A DNA stretch of 64,000 nt from Neoconidiobolus thromboides FSU 785 (Eukaryota; Fungi; Entomophthoromycota), in assembly GCA_025603075.1 (NCBI GenBank), contig MU626327.1, positions 33,933 to 97,932 on the forward strand, in the 5' to 3' direction. A program made the position numbers and the translations under genes. Shown here in pieces: positions 26,152 through 37,640 of this stretch. The notes below the pieces were generated by a model. That model worked only from the letters and a program-made list of their open reading frames with translations. It did not search any database and was not told the origin of the DNA. Position 1 is the first letter of the stretch; every line of letters starts with the position of its first letter.

Positions 26152-26401
26152 AAATACTATTTTATATTTTAGAAAAGCAGATTGTTTTTAAAAATATTTT
26201 AATATTATTTATACAACAATCTCAATGTTATTTTAAATTTTATTAAATATATTTAATTGTTACTAAAAACAAATAAAAAAATAAAAATTTTAAATAACAA
26301 AACACTTATTAACAAGGTTTTAAAGCTTTTATTAATATTTTGTAAAAATTTGTATTTAAATTCTAATGTATATATATTTTTATCTAATAGTTTTGATATA
26401 T

Positions 26402-26492
26402 AAGTGTGTTTTAATTTCATCACTTTTTTCATCTTAAAGTGCTATTTGAGCAAAAAAATTGATAGAATTCTTAAACGCAACAATACATCCCC
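26402..26492 (-). mobile_element. Sola-like MITE copy
   Basis: TSD ATAT/ATAT. Confidence 0.8.
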
Positions 26493-26678
26493 ATATTTAA
26501 TTATTTAATTAATAATAATTGGATAAAAATAAATCTAAAGTAAAAAAAGCATATTTTTAACTAATATTAAATTAGTTAGATAAAATACTTAGAATTTTTA
26601 TAACTATTAAAATAGTATAATTTAAAAAATAAAAAGAGTAACGAAGCTAAAAAAACATCTATATATCAATCATAATAT

Positions 26679-26778
26679 TGAGATGCACTTCTTTGTTCAA
26701 GAATTTTATTAATAATTATTTTAACCAAATAGCGCCTTGAAAAATGCAAAAAATGATGAAATCAAAAAAAACACTCAC
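26679..26778 (+). mobile_element. Sola-like MITE copy
   Basis: TSD ATAT/ATAT. Confidence 0.8.
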
Positions 26779-26822
26779 ATATATTAACATTTTTTAATTA
26801 AAAACTATTATTAAAAGTTAGT

Positions 26823-26917
26823 GGGGGTGTGTTTTTATGTTTAAGAATTTTACTAACTTTTCCGCTCAAATAGCGCCTGAAAGGTAGAAAAAGTGATGAA
26901 GCCAAAAAAACACCTCC
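26823..26917 (+). mobile_element. Sola-like MITE copy
   Basis: GGGGGTGT..ACACCTCC; flanks TAGT/AATG do not match. Confidence 0.82.
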
Positions 26918-27033
26918 AATGATATTGCTTTTTATAATGTTATTAATCAAAAAATTTAAAAATAATAAGTCATAAGTTATTTTGAGCTATGTTTATAAAT
27001 TTTGTAGCTGTTTTTGCTTTTTTACTAAAATAT

Positions 27034-27130
27034 GGAGGTGTTTCTTTATGTTAAGAATTTTACTAACAATCTTTCCACTCAAATAGCGCTTAAAAAATGG
27101 AAAAATAATGAAATAAAAAAAGATATCCCC
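27034..27130 (+). mobile_element. Sola-like MITE copy
   Basis: Flanks ATAT/TTAT. Confidence 0.85.
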
Positions 27131-27206
27131 TTATATTATTTTGAAAATGCTTATATAAATTTTAAACATTTCGTAGTTGTTGTTTTCAGTATCATGATCT
27201 CTCAGT

Positions 27207-27668
27207 TGTGAAATCTGGTACTCAGTGTTTAGAGTCAAAAACAGCTATTTCTGGGTTGACTACACTATAAGTCGAAAGGTCTTAGTTTATGCGACTAAGA
27301 TAGACTTGGATTATGAAGAATAGCACGTAATAGGCTACAGACTATGTAAGACAAATAGAATAAACAATACTAATGTAAATCTACGTGAAATACTATTAAG
27401 AAAACTTAGTGGCTTTATTAAATATTCGAGATATCAGGGAATGATTCAGTTAGAAAGCCTCAACTAACATACTCTGCGAACTCTTTTATACTCTGAAAAG
27501 TATAAATATCAAAATGAGAAGGTAATATTGTTTGGGATGAAGCTAGAAATTCTCATAGCAAATCAAAATAAGAACGTGGGATTGATTTTCTCTGAACTCG
27601 AGAACACAACAGCTTAGGCGATTGTTATGCTATAATTAACCATGGGACTGACAAGGCGATATTCCACA
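27207..27668 (+). mobile_element. Solo-LTR-like repeat, copy 1 (462 bp)
   Basis: Starts TGTGAAAT and ends ATTCCACA. Colinear with 43901-44360, with a shared core gtcttagtttatgYgactaagatagacttggattat. Strand is relative only. Confidence 0.65.
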
Positions 27669-28116
27669 CAGCTAAGCCTATAAATAACTAGATTACTAAT
27701 AAGTTTTTTATTAATTTTATCAAAATTAATTAGCTAAACTTATTTAATTGAGTAAAATAATGCTTGAAAAAAGCTTTTGCTTTGTCAAAAAAATATAAAC
27801 AGCTAAAATACATAATAAATTAAAGAATATATGGGGATGTCCAAATTAGCTTCATTCTTTATTCAATCTTTAAATATTTTGAATTTTAAAGACTGCTTAA
27901 AATTCTATAAAAACAGATTCTATTAAAAAATAGGAGTATCCGATACAGTTTTAAATTATTTTATTATAATTTATATTGTAACTTAGCTGAGTTTTTATTA
28001 AATTTAACAGATTCCCAGATTAGCAAGATTTTTACTAATACAAACTATATATTGACATTAATCAAAATTATAGTGCCCAAATAAATATATGTCTCCATAA
28101 AACTTCATTAGAAAAT

Positions 28117-28215
28117 GAGGGTGTATTTTTTTAGGAATCTTAGCACTAATTTTTGCGCTCCAAATAAATAGTGCTTAAAAAATAGGAAAAGTAATGAAAC
28201 CGAAAAAACATCCCT
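28117..28215 (+). mobile_element. Sola-like MITE copy nested in the 0.9-kb element
   Basis: TSD AAAT/AAAT; the empty site is present in the copy at 63461-63505. Confidence 0.9.
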
Positions 28216-28237
28216 AAATATTTACTGCTAACTACTT

Positions 28238-28336
28238 GGGGATGATTTTTTTGATTTCATTACTTTTTCCACCTTTTAAGCGCTATTTGAGCGGAAAATT
28301 TATTAGTAAAATTCTTAAACGTAAAAATACATTCCC
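28238..28336 (-). mobile_element. Sola-like MITE copy nested in the 0.9-kb element
   Basis: TSD ACTT/ACTT; the empty site is present in the copy at 63461-63505. Confidence 0.9.
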
Positions 28337-29544
28337 ACTTTATATATAGGCAATATTGCAGGCTTACTATCAAATAAATAAACTATTTTAATATTATAGT
28401 TAAATTATTAATATATCACTAATTTAATAAATAGCTTCATGGGAAAGGGTAGTTAGCCTTAAAACTATAATTAATCATGCTTATATGATACAAGCAATAT
28501 AGTAATAATTTTATTTATTATCATAATTATTTGCTCTTTCGCTACTTATTGACTTAAATATTAATAATTTAAGTAACGTTGGCATTTGATAGTTGATTTT
28601 TATCATCCAATAAACTATTTAATTGCTTAATAAATACCGAAACTTTTAAATTTTATGTTATTTTTAGGATAAGCTGGAGTTAATATTTTAATTTTCTAAT
28701 TTTTTATAAACTTTATAACTTTAGTTGGGATTATGTCACTTTTTTTTTGATTTACCAGATACTGGATAATAATATAGTTTACTATTATATTTAACGAAAT
28801 ATAAATACTTTTTAATATTTTATATTATTAATATTTTTTTATACTTCTGTTTTTTTGTATTTTTGTGTTTAAAAATTTTACTAACAAATTTTCCGCTTAA
28901 AAAATGGAAAAAACAATGAAGTCAAAAAAAATACTCTTGTATCTTATCTGTTCATAAAATATACACAGATCTAAAAATCTAGAATTTGGTATGGTGTACC
29001 TTCCATATCAATTAGCAATGACCTATCAAAGAATACCCAAATATGAAAAAGAATGTTAATTTATTGATGGAAAGTATACTTATGTTAATTTCAACTTAAA
29101 CATCTACTGTAAAGATAACTTTTTAGTGATAAAGAATCAAATCTTAAAGATTTTCTATGTAGTCAGTTTGCGAAATCTAATTTATTTAAATGAATTTTTC
29201 CTTAAAATAATCACCTTTACCTCTCTACCCTTACATTTACTATTTATACCTTAATCAATATTGATAATCCAAAAGCTAAATTTTAATCTGTCAATTGAGT
29301 AGTCCAATACGCCTATTGAATATCCCTTAAAATAAATTCCAGATGCTTACATGGCATAATTCAATGTGTAAATAAGCCCCCTATCAGACTATAAAAAAGC
29401 TTTGGGCTTGATATTAAGGAATCGCTGAGCTAAATAAAATGATTTCCATTATCAGGATATTTGTTTTTTTAAACAAATTATTTGAAAGCTATAAGGCATC
29501 TAATTGTATCTTCACACCCTTTTAAGTCATCGGTTGTGAATTTA

Positions 29545-30276
29545 TTAATGTTTTTTGTTGGTTGATACCGTTCCGCAGTAGTTTTCTATTTCAAACTTCC
29601 TCCATTTGATACTTGGATTATTAAGCTCTTTAGCTACATCAGGTACTTTAGAGTATATATAATATATCCCTATCATAGCTATACAGGGAAACATTATAGA
29701 GTCTGTCTCAGCTTCTATTAACACCATGTGCTTATTACTATTATCAGAATTTTTAATATCCTTTAATTTTGAGTTACTTTATATTTTATCGTTATTTTGA
29801 GAGGATTCAATAGCCTTAGTTATCAGCTCAGGCCCCGAGTCTTTTAAAATAATTTGTACTTTGTTTCCTTGAACTCCAATTAAAATGCTTTTATTTCCTG
29901 AAAAATACATATCTGGTTTTGTATGTGTTCCTTCTTTAGGCGTATGAAGAATTGTGTCTCTCTGCGGTCTTATTGCTAGTTTGGTCCTAGTATACTCAAA
30001 TACTCTTAACGATTGAAGTATATATTCATTTACTGCACTTTCTTGGTTTGCATCTGTTTCAGTTGGTGTATGCGTAAAAATTTCTAATATTTTATTATCT
30101 TCACCATCTTGTTCTGGCTTTACAAATAATATGCCTTTAAGGAACTTGCACAGTTTTATGTTTTTTGGGCTCTTATTCACCAAAAATATTGTTTTGTCAA
30201 TATCTTCAATTGCAATATTATATGTTGTCAATTCGTTAATAGTCCATTCACTATTAGAATTTGTATTTCTAATCAT
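29545..30276 (-). pseudogene. Putative PD-(D/E)XK restriction-endonuclease-fold family gene with one in-frame stop
   Basis: The 165-aa and 60-aa ORFs are in the same frame, separated by a single TAA (29779-29781). Motifs SNSEWTINELTTYNI, ESAVNEY, TKPDM, VQGNK, ELITKAIESSQNN and FPCIAMIG match, from memory, a fungal family with SGSDW..EL.AYNI / ESAV.DF / KTDV / VQEDK / QLIAEAIAAF.NN / PGI.M.G. Confidence 0.55.
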
Positions 30277-30486
30277 TTTAGCTATTGGTTTATTCGGTTT
30301 AACTAAATTGGAATTAATTTGATGTCAACAAAATCTTTTCTTTATATCCTTTATTCAGTTATTTATTTTTAAAGTTGACATATTATACAGCTTACATAAA
30401 ACCTATTTGAATTTTCTCTTACTTGAAGTTGGCAGTTGAGTCTTGCTTTGTAATCAGGTTGTAGTCTATTTTAATTATCAATATAT

Positions 30487-30584
30487 GGGGGTGTATTTTT
30501 GTGTTTAAGAATTTCACTAATAATTTTTCCGCTCAAATAGCACTTAAAAGATGAAAAAAGTGATGAAGCCAAAAAAACACCTTC
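30487..30584 (+). mobile_element. Sola-like MITE copy
   Basis: TSD ATAT/ATAT. Confidence 0.88.
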
Positions 30585-31239
30585 ATATCACAGAAGCATA
30601 AGCTTTGTAATAAGAACTTAAAGCTTAGATGTAATAAGCGTATTTTTTATGAAATCCATCAACCAACTCTACCTGTAAAAAAAAACAGATATAAGAGTAA
30701 AAAATTGTTATGGATAATACTGAGTTAATTATATAGTTTTTTTAGTGCTTGTTTCATTGAAAATGTCATAGAACGCCAAAGTTCATGTTACCAAAAGTTA
30801 AACAGATCAAGTTTTTTCAAGGAGATTGTTCACAATATATAACAAATTAATTGTTAAAAATCGATTATATTGTTATTCAATTTAAAGCTTTTAATATGAT
30901 TGATAACTTTCATGAAACCATTATATGTATGTGAACAACTATTAAAACGTAGCTAAAGAGCATACCAAATTAAGTTGACTTAGACTTTGACTTAAAAATA
31001 TACTTAGAAATGAAAAAATGAAAAAATTTTGTAAAAAATAAATAGTAATAGGTAGGAAAAATATTTAAAATTCAATAACTTTTAAACAACATTTACTGTA
31101 ATTTGAAATTAATATTATCAAATTAATGTAAGATTTAAGTTTTTCAGCTGGAAATTAATCAATTTCAAAATTTATTCGAATATGTATATTTGACCTAATT
31201 GTTAGTAGTCATTAACACTTGATAGTATCATTAGTAAAC

Positions 31240-31271
31240 TAGACATTTAGACATTTAGACATTTAGACATT
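31240..31271 (+). repeat. (TAGACATT)x4 tandem repeat upstream of the chitinase
   Basis: Read directly. Confidence 0.9.
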
Positions 31272-31838
31272 CAGAGCTTTTGTACCTATATTTGTATCGA
31301 TACATTTGCTGTAACTGTTTAGAAAACATTATGGGAATGCTTAGGGTCTACAATTCTATATGTATTAAAAAATACTTGTAATTTTATATATCCTTAGTGT
31401 TTCATTAAATTTATAAACAATATTTTATTAATATTATAAAAACCAAATTATTAATGTTTCATTATTAAAATGATATAACATTAATGAAATCAATCAAGTA
31501 ATAATCAACTAAATAAGATAAAACAAACGTAGACATACTTGGCTTTCATAATAAATAATTAGCAAATGAGGGAAAGGGAGGGAACAAGTAATTTCAACTC
31601 AAACTCAATGAGAAAACCTGGGCAATTTGAATTTAAGAAAGGGACCAATCAATTTCGTATCTTAATTTTAAAGGGATTGAAAAAAGTAAAAAAAGAAAGT
31701 TGAGAGTTTCAGTTTAAGAAAAAGTAAACTTGATAGAATGAATATTAATATATTAAATAAAGAAATAGCTTTTTAAACTTTTTAAAATTTTATTGTATCT
31801 TTATATTAATTGATTTATTAGATTTCATTTTAATTAAT

Positions 31839-34235
31839 ATGTTCAACTATCCATTATTAAATTTATTGCTATATTTTAACCTAATAGTTAATTTAAAAGC
31901 CTTCAATCTGACCTCAAAAAATAATTTAGTAGCTTATTGGGGTCAAAATTCATACGGAAATAGTGAAGAAGCACATAAAGATTCTCATGAGAGACCTATG
32001 TCTGACTATTGTAAGGATCAAACTTATGATACGATTGTAATCTCCTTTTTAATTAAATTTAATGCCGAGATAAAAAATGGGCATCCAGTTTTAAACATGG
32101 GTAAACATTGTTCTAAAAAATTCCCCAATTCCCTTCACCCTTATTGTCCAGAAGTGGCTGCTGGCATTAAATATTGCCAAAATCAAGGTAAAAAGGTGCT
32201 TTTATCGATGGGTGGATATGCTGGTGATTACACTTTAAAGGACGACGAATCAGCTAAAAACTTTGCTCAAAGGGTTTGGGACTTATATTTAGGTGGCAAA
32301 ACAGACCATCGACCCTTTGGAGAAGTAGCTTTAGATGGTATTGATTTGGATATTGAAAAAGGACCTCCAGAATCATATGCTGTTTTTAGTAATAAATTGA
32401 AAGAAATTATTGATGGTCAAAAAGAAGAAAATAAAAAAGAATATTTTATTACTGCAGCTCCACAGTGCCCATTCCCAGATCAATACTTGAAGAATGTATT
32501 AGAACATGGCTGGTTAGATGCTGTATTTGTACAATTTTATAACAATGAATGTGCAATTGGTAAAGATGGATTTAACTTTGCAACATGGGATGGTTGGGCA
32601 AGATTTGCGTCCAAAAATAAAAACGTAAAGATATTTCTGGGAGCACCAGGCGGCCCAACAGCTGCCTCTTCTGGTTACTTAAATTTCCAAGAATTAGAGC
32701 CAATTATTAATGAAGTTAAAGAAAAGTATCCTTCGTTTGGAGGAGTTATGCTATGGGATATTTCTCAAGCGGATCAGAATATATGTCCAGATGTTAAAAA
32801 AATCTATTCAGCAGCTGTTTCGCATCTTTTAAAAGGAGAATATGAGATTAAGCAGCCAGGTAATAATAAAATTAAAGGCGAAAAAGAATCTGAGGACAAA
32901 GAAAAAAAGCCTGAAAAAGAAAACAATGAAAAAGAAAAAAAGCCTGAAAACCAAGAAGCTAAAAATAATACCGATAGACTACCCAAGAAAGATCGTGGTA
33001 TTTTAAATGATGAATTGGCTAAAAACAGAATGCCAGATTCCTCATTAATGGACTTAGTTGAAATACCAAGTGAAGAGGAGATTTCTATGAATAATAATGA
33101 AAGTGGTAATGAAAATAAAGATTCAACTAAAACTTTAGAAAAAACACCGAATGATGAAAAAGGCCAAAACACTAATGAAACTGATGAAAAACAGAAATCG
33201 GAAGATAGTAAAAACACCCCTGAAAAACCCAAAGGAACTAAGGATGCCCCTGAAAAATCTAAAGAAGATAAAGATAATTTAGAAAATTCCAAAGAAAAAG
33301 AGGATGCCCCGAAAGATGACAAGCTTGAAGAAACCAAGTCATCAGGCTCTGTAAATTCTACCATTACAGCAGAAAATTTACCAAAATTTACGAATAATAG
33401 ATCCTTAATAGTTAATGCTACTAAACCCAATTCCTTGAAAAATAGTACTGAGGATAACACTATGTTAGCTGAAAATATTAAAAAGCAAATAGAGATGATG
33501 AAAAACACAACAGATACTTCAAACAATTTTGGTAAAAATTCTACTGAGTTAAATCAAAACTACAAAGCAAATTCAACTTCAACTATTCCGCAAAATGAGA
33601 CTAATACAACGAACATCGAAGAAAAAGAAAGTAAGTTTAATTCTACGAATATTGTTGAAAAAGAAGCTGCGAAAATAGATTTAAATAAAACAAACTCAAC
33701 ATTATCATCAAATAACGCCCATAATACTACCATTACTGATAAAGATAAGCCTAAAGTAGATTTGAGTAAAAGTAATTCCACTGAGATAGCTAGTGGTAAA
33801 AACAATACCAATATCAATACTCAAGGAAAAGAGAATGAAAAAGTGGATCTAAATAAGAACAATTCAACTGAAGTAGCTAAAACAAACTCAACAATTAATC
33901 TAGCGAAGGAAAGTGAAAAAGTAAATTTAGATAAATACCCTGTTAATCAGCCTCCTAAGCTACAGAATGAGGCAAAAAACAATAGTACAATGGCTCCACT
34001 AGCTGCTCAGAATAGTACTACCATGGCAACCCCAACTACTCAAAACAATCTTAAAGAACCAAACCAGCAGGACCATCCAGATGAATCAAATAAACTCAAG
34101 CAAGCTGAAACACCAGTTCCTAATCCTGAGAATAAAAACAATACTAATAGTACTAGTAAGGGAGATTTGGACAACTTGAAAACAAAGTCGGTTAGTTTAA
34201 ACGAGAACACTAGTTCTACAGATAAAGCTAATTGA
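31839..34235 (+). CDS. Secreted GH18 (class III, Cts1-like) chitinase with a long N/T/K/E-rich C-terminal tail
   Basis: Hydrophobic signal peptide, AYWGQN, KKVLLSMGG, intact DGIDLDIE catalytic motif, TAAPQCPFPD, VQFYNN and GGVMLWD. Confidence 0.93.
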   Translation: MFNYPLLNLLLYFNLIVNLKAFNLTSKNNLVAYWGQNSYGNSEEAHKDSHERPMSDYCKDQTYDTIVISFLIKFNAEIKNGHPVLNMGKHCSKKFPNSLHPYCPEVAAGIKYCQNQGKKVLLSMGGYAGDYTLKDDESAKNFAQRVWDLYLGGKTDHRPFGEVALDGIDLDIEKGPPESYAVFSNKLKEIIDGQKEENKKEYFITAAPQCPFPDQYLKNVLEHGWLDAVFVQFYNNECAIGKDGFNFATWDGWARFASKNKNVKIFLGAPGGPTAASSGYLNFQELEPIINEVKEKYPSFGGVMLWDISQADQNICPDVKKIYSAAVSHLLKGEYEIKQPGNNKIKGEKESEDKEKKPEKENNEKEKKPENQEAKNNTDRLPKKDRGILNDELAKNRMPDSSLMDLVEIPSEEEISMNNNESGNENKDSTKTLEKTPNDEKGQNTNETDEKQKSEDSKNTPEKPKGTKDAPEKSKEDKDNLENSKEKEDAPKDDKLEETKSSGSVNSTITAENLPKFTNNRSLIVNATKPNSLKNSTEDNTMLAENIKKQIEMMKNTTDTSNNFGKNSTELNQNYKANSTSTIPQNETNTTNIEEKESKFNSTNIVEKEAAKIDLNKTNSTLSSNNAHNTTITDKDKPKVDLSKSNSTEIASGKNNTNINTQGKENEKVDLNKNNSTEVAKTNSTINLAKESEKVNLDKYPVNQPPKLQNEAKNNSTMAPLAAQNSTTMATPTTQNNLKEPNQQDHPDESNKLKQAETPVPNPENKNNTNSTSKGDLDNLKTKSVSLNENTSSTDKAN

Positions 34236-34441
34236 TTTTATCCCCCACTGTCCATTATAATTTTTGTAAAAATTTGTATACTATTTCATAAATTAATTTA
34301 GTTCGAAAATAAATTTTAATATTTTGAATAAGTGATATCCTTAAATTTACTATTTAAACAGCCTTTATTTATTACTTATTAGGCTAAAATTAAAGTTGTT
34401 ATTTAAGTATAAAAGGCAACCTTTATTCAAGTTTAAAAATA

Positions 34442-35162
34442 TTAATAAAAAGTAGAAAAAGTAGAAAGAGAAGTGTTATTTTCCTCGTCCTTATTTTTAC
34501 TATTGCTCATCATAGGACTAAATTCTATGCTATCTTTCAGGTTTAAATTGGTTTCCCCTTTAGTAGATAGCCTTGTAGATTCACTAAAATGCAAACTTAA
34601 ACTTGGACTTTGGTTACCGTTAAACGATGTAACATTTATAGAAGATTTTAAATCTAAAAAGTCTTCATTTGCCCTTAAATCTATTTTTTTAGCTACAGTA
34701 TCACTCTCTTCGATCCCGTTAAGTACCCCTTTTTCGCCCTCTAAGCAATAATATTAATTTAAACACTGTACAAAATAAACTTACTATTTGTATCTGAAAC
34801 CGAACTTGATAATTTTGCCATTTTAGTAGGCGGAATATTAATTTGATTAGGTTTATAATTGATTTCAGTTTGAGTGGTAGCAGATGCATCACTATTGTCT
34901 TTTTTAAATATCACACTTATAGATGATTTTCCACGGTTGAATATACCAATATTCTTTAATATTAAAAACTATAAAAGGGAGTTTATTATAAATAAGATGT
35001 TTCATTTAAATTACTTTATTGTTTTTCCTTTTATTTTTTTTAGTACTATTCCTAATAAACCAGTTAGATTTTTTATTTTAGCTAAAGAAGATTCAAATTA
35101 CATTTAATGATTTGAATTAGTTTCGTTTAATTTATACCTTTATAGTTGAGCTTTAAATGCAT
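34442..35162 (-). CDS. Small multi-exon hypothetical protein (not in the ORF track)
   Basis: Open frame IGIFNRGKSSISVIFKKDNSDAS...SDTN, then a canonical GTAAGT..TAG intron near 34743-34786, then GEKGVLNGIEES...STFY*. The 5' exons are tentative. Confidence 0.45.
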
Positions 35163-35475
35163 TTATTTTATAATGCATCATCCTATCTTAAATATGATCG
35201 GATATTAGCCAAACTGTAAAAGTTAAAATGTCAGCTGTTTATCAGCAAAATAAAATAGTATGGTCATTGTTTTGCTTCATCCAATTTAAAACATAAACTA
35301 ATATTAATAAAGAATAATAATTAGAAAAGAATAGTTTATTTACTGCGGGTGATTAATTATATGTAATATAAAGGTTATACATAAAAGCGCTACAATATCT
35401 TTTGAGGAAGAGAATACAATCAATATAATCAACTTTTAGAGAGAGAAATATATTCTATATAACACATACAATAGC

Positions 35476-37428
35476 TTATTGAAACATAAAATAATTTGGA
35501 AATAGATTCATGTTGTCAGGCTCCGAATTAGATGGATTAGTACTATTAAATGTGTTACTGCTACTTTCCATTGGAGGGTAATAATTATTGTTATTTAAAA
35601 TGGGCACAAATACTTGGTTGAATGGAAGATTTAATAATCCAGGATCCATACCTGGATAATAATTTTCTCCAATCATATCTAAAACGTTACCTCCATTATT
35701 CATTCCTATAACATTGTTTTGATTAATTATAGGGAGGTTGGTCTGGCTTACATCTGATTGCAACAATGGATTTGTAAATTGAGTTTTGTCTAGGTCTCTA
35801 GTTATAGGCGTACTCGGTGTGTTATGTCGAGCGCTTTGTTTTTGGAATGCTTTTTCCTTTGTATTTATAGTTTGCTCCAAAATTGGACTTTCCTGCTTTA
35901 ACTCGCCTTCACTATCGTTTGATGAGTCTAAATCTTCAGTACTCTTTCTAGATTTAGGATTCATAGAAGAACCTTTAGACATATGAAATGGACTAGGATT
36001 TCGAACCCTCTTTTTAATCACATTAGAGTAAAGGTGAGGAGGCCTTGGACGATTATTCATCTTTTTAAATAACCCACACGGATTGCAAACTGGCTCACCA
36101 CTATCGATATCCCGACGCCATAAAGCTGCTTTCTTAGTTTTACAGTGGGAACATACTAAGGCCCTTGGTTTGTATGCTGGCTTCTTGGAATCTTTAGCTT
36201 TCTTCAAATCTATTGGACGATGCTTCTGATGGAGTTTATAATACAGGCCACAGGCATTACACAGCCTTTGATTATCTGGAGTTCGCCTCCATAAAGGCGT
36301 GCTGGTAGCGTGACAATTAAAGCAACAACGATCTTTTTCACCTTCTGACCCAGAAAAGGTTTCTGTTTCTGCAATTTTAGATTTATTAGCAGATTCTGAA
36401 CGCTGCTGTGCTTTTCGCTTCTCCTTCTTATTCTCTTTTTTGGCCATTAAGCTACTGATGGTTTTCTTTTCTTTAATAGCTGATTTTTTCGGTGTAATAT
36501 CGTTTAAAGCACTATTGGATTCGCCATTGTTAGTAGTATTTGAATCATTTTGTACTTTGTTTGCTGTATTTTGATCTATTTCATTCAAAGGTAGAGACAT
36601 ACTATCCAAGTTAAACATTGAATTAATATCTTGATTAGGGTTGGCGCAGCTACTTGAATTAAAAGGTTGTGGATTAAATGAAGAAGGATTTGGCAGCTGG
36701 TTCAAACTTTGAAGTAATAAAGAATTCATTAAGATTTGTTGATTATTATAATCTGGAGTAAACATTGTTGATAAATTATTTACTGAATTTAATAAATTAT
36801 TATTTAAATTGTTTTGTGAAATTGCTGATAACGCTTGTTGAAGTAATTGTTGATTATTTGTAAAGTCGAAATTCATGGTGCTATTATTCATGTTCATATT
36901 TGATTGAGTAGGCATAAAAGAAGTGGAAATTTGTTCTTCACTAAAGGTATTTTTTGTATTAGCCAGAGGTTGTTCTGGAATAACTGGATTTATGCTTTGA
37001 TGTGTTACTAAATCCTTTATAATTGGGTTAATAACTGAATCTATTGTAGGTGAATCCTGATACTCATTTATGTTGATATTTAAAGGGAGAGGTCGAATAC
37101 CATTTGAGTCATTAGCATTAAGCCTTTGGATTTTATTTTTATATATTGGGGCTTTGATTTTAATTTTATTGTTTTCTAAATTCTTAGTAGCATTGAGTGA
37201 TATAACTTGAAATTTTTTAATGCCATCATGGTTATATTGTTGAGTTGACATTACTTTATTTCTAATATGAAACAGCCGAAGTGAAGCATTCTCTAATCGA
37301 TAACTACAATCCAACTCATCTTTAACTTGATGAAAAAGCTGACTAAAATGACATAATTCTAACGAGTCTAAACCACTACTAAAGATAGCAAAAGATTTCT
37401 GGTATTTAACTTTCAAAACAGGTGCCAT
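35476..37428 (-). CDS. GATA transcription factor with two tandem zinc fingers and a DUF1752-like N-terminal motif
   Basis: CFNC-X17-CNAC ([16 protein letters not shown]) and CSHC-X18-CNPC ([17 protein letters not shown]), 32 aa apart; N-terminal [18 protein letters not shown]. Confidence 0.92.
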   Translation of the reverse strand: MAPVLKVKYQKSFAIFSSGLDSLELCHFSQLFHQVKDELDCSYRLENASLRLFHIRNKVMSTQQYNHDGIKKFQVISLNATKNLENNKIKIKAPIYKNKIQRLNANDSNGIRPLPLNININEYQDSPTIDSVINPIIKDLVTHQSINPVIPEQPLANTKNTFSEEQISTSFMPTQSNMNMNNSTMNFDFTNNQQLLQQALSAISQNNLNNNLLNSVNNLSTMFTPDYNNQQILMNSLLLQSLNQLPNPSSFNPQPFNSSSCANPNQDINSMFNLDSMSLPLNEIDQNTANKVQNDSNTTNNGESNSALNDITPKKSAIKEKKTISSLMAKKENKKEKRKAQQRSESANKSKIAETETFSGSEGEKDRCCFNCHATSTPLWRRTPDNQRLCNACGLYYKLHQKHRPIDLKKAKDSKKPAYKPRALVCSHCKTKKAALWRRDIDSGEPVCNPCGLFKKMNNRPRPPHLYSNVIKKRVRNPSPFHMSKGSSMNPKSRKSTEDLDSSNDSEGELKQESPILEQTINTKEKAFQKQSARHNTPSTPITRDLDKTQFTNPLLQSDVSQTNLPIINQNNVIGMNNGGNVLDMIGENYYPGMDPGLLNLPFNQVFVPILNNNNYYPPMESSSNTFNSTNPSNSEPDNMNLFPNYFMFQ

Positions 37429-37640
37429 AAATTAAGCTCTATCTATAGTATAGGTACTAGAATGAAGTAAAAAAGATTTTGAAGTTAAACAAGTAACTTT
37501 CTTCAAAATGGAAACTTTGATAAATTTCATCACAAGTATAGCCAATCATGTCATATTAATTTTGTTTGAAGTTTCGCTTACCAACCAAAGGTGAAAAATT
37601 AAAATAACTAATCCAATATAAATGTTAAATTTATTCACAA

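Larger units (their letters stand above)
27833..28938. mobile_element. ~0.9-kb non-autonomous DNA element with MITE-like ends, carrying two nested MITEs
   Basis: Begins ATAT|GGGGATGT and ends ATACTCTT|GTAT. Colinear with 63205-64000 once the two nested MITEs are removed. Confidence 0.65.

Noticed and set aside
26055-27130. Clustered ~100-bp repeats considered as a CRISPR-like array
   Set aside because: Units are ~100 bp, in mixed orientation, irregularly spaced, and carry TIRs and TSDs; the context is eukaryotic and has no cas genes.
28960-29260. Long plus-strand frame with one stop (LEFGMVYLPYQLAMTYQRIPKYEKEC*FIDGKYTYVNF...)
   Set aside because: Probably a gene relic, but there is no identifiable motif or paralog in the window.
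30483-30588. Initial reading of the MITE as Tc1/mariner-type (TA TSD) or IS3EU-type (TAY..RTA ends, 6-bp TSD)
   Set aside because: Copies flanked by AAAT, ATTT and ACTT show the inner bases vary together on both sides; no 6-bp duplication was seen in the copy checked.
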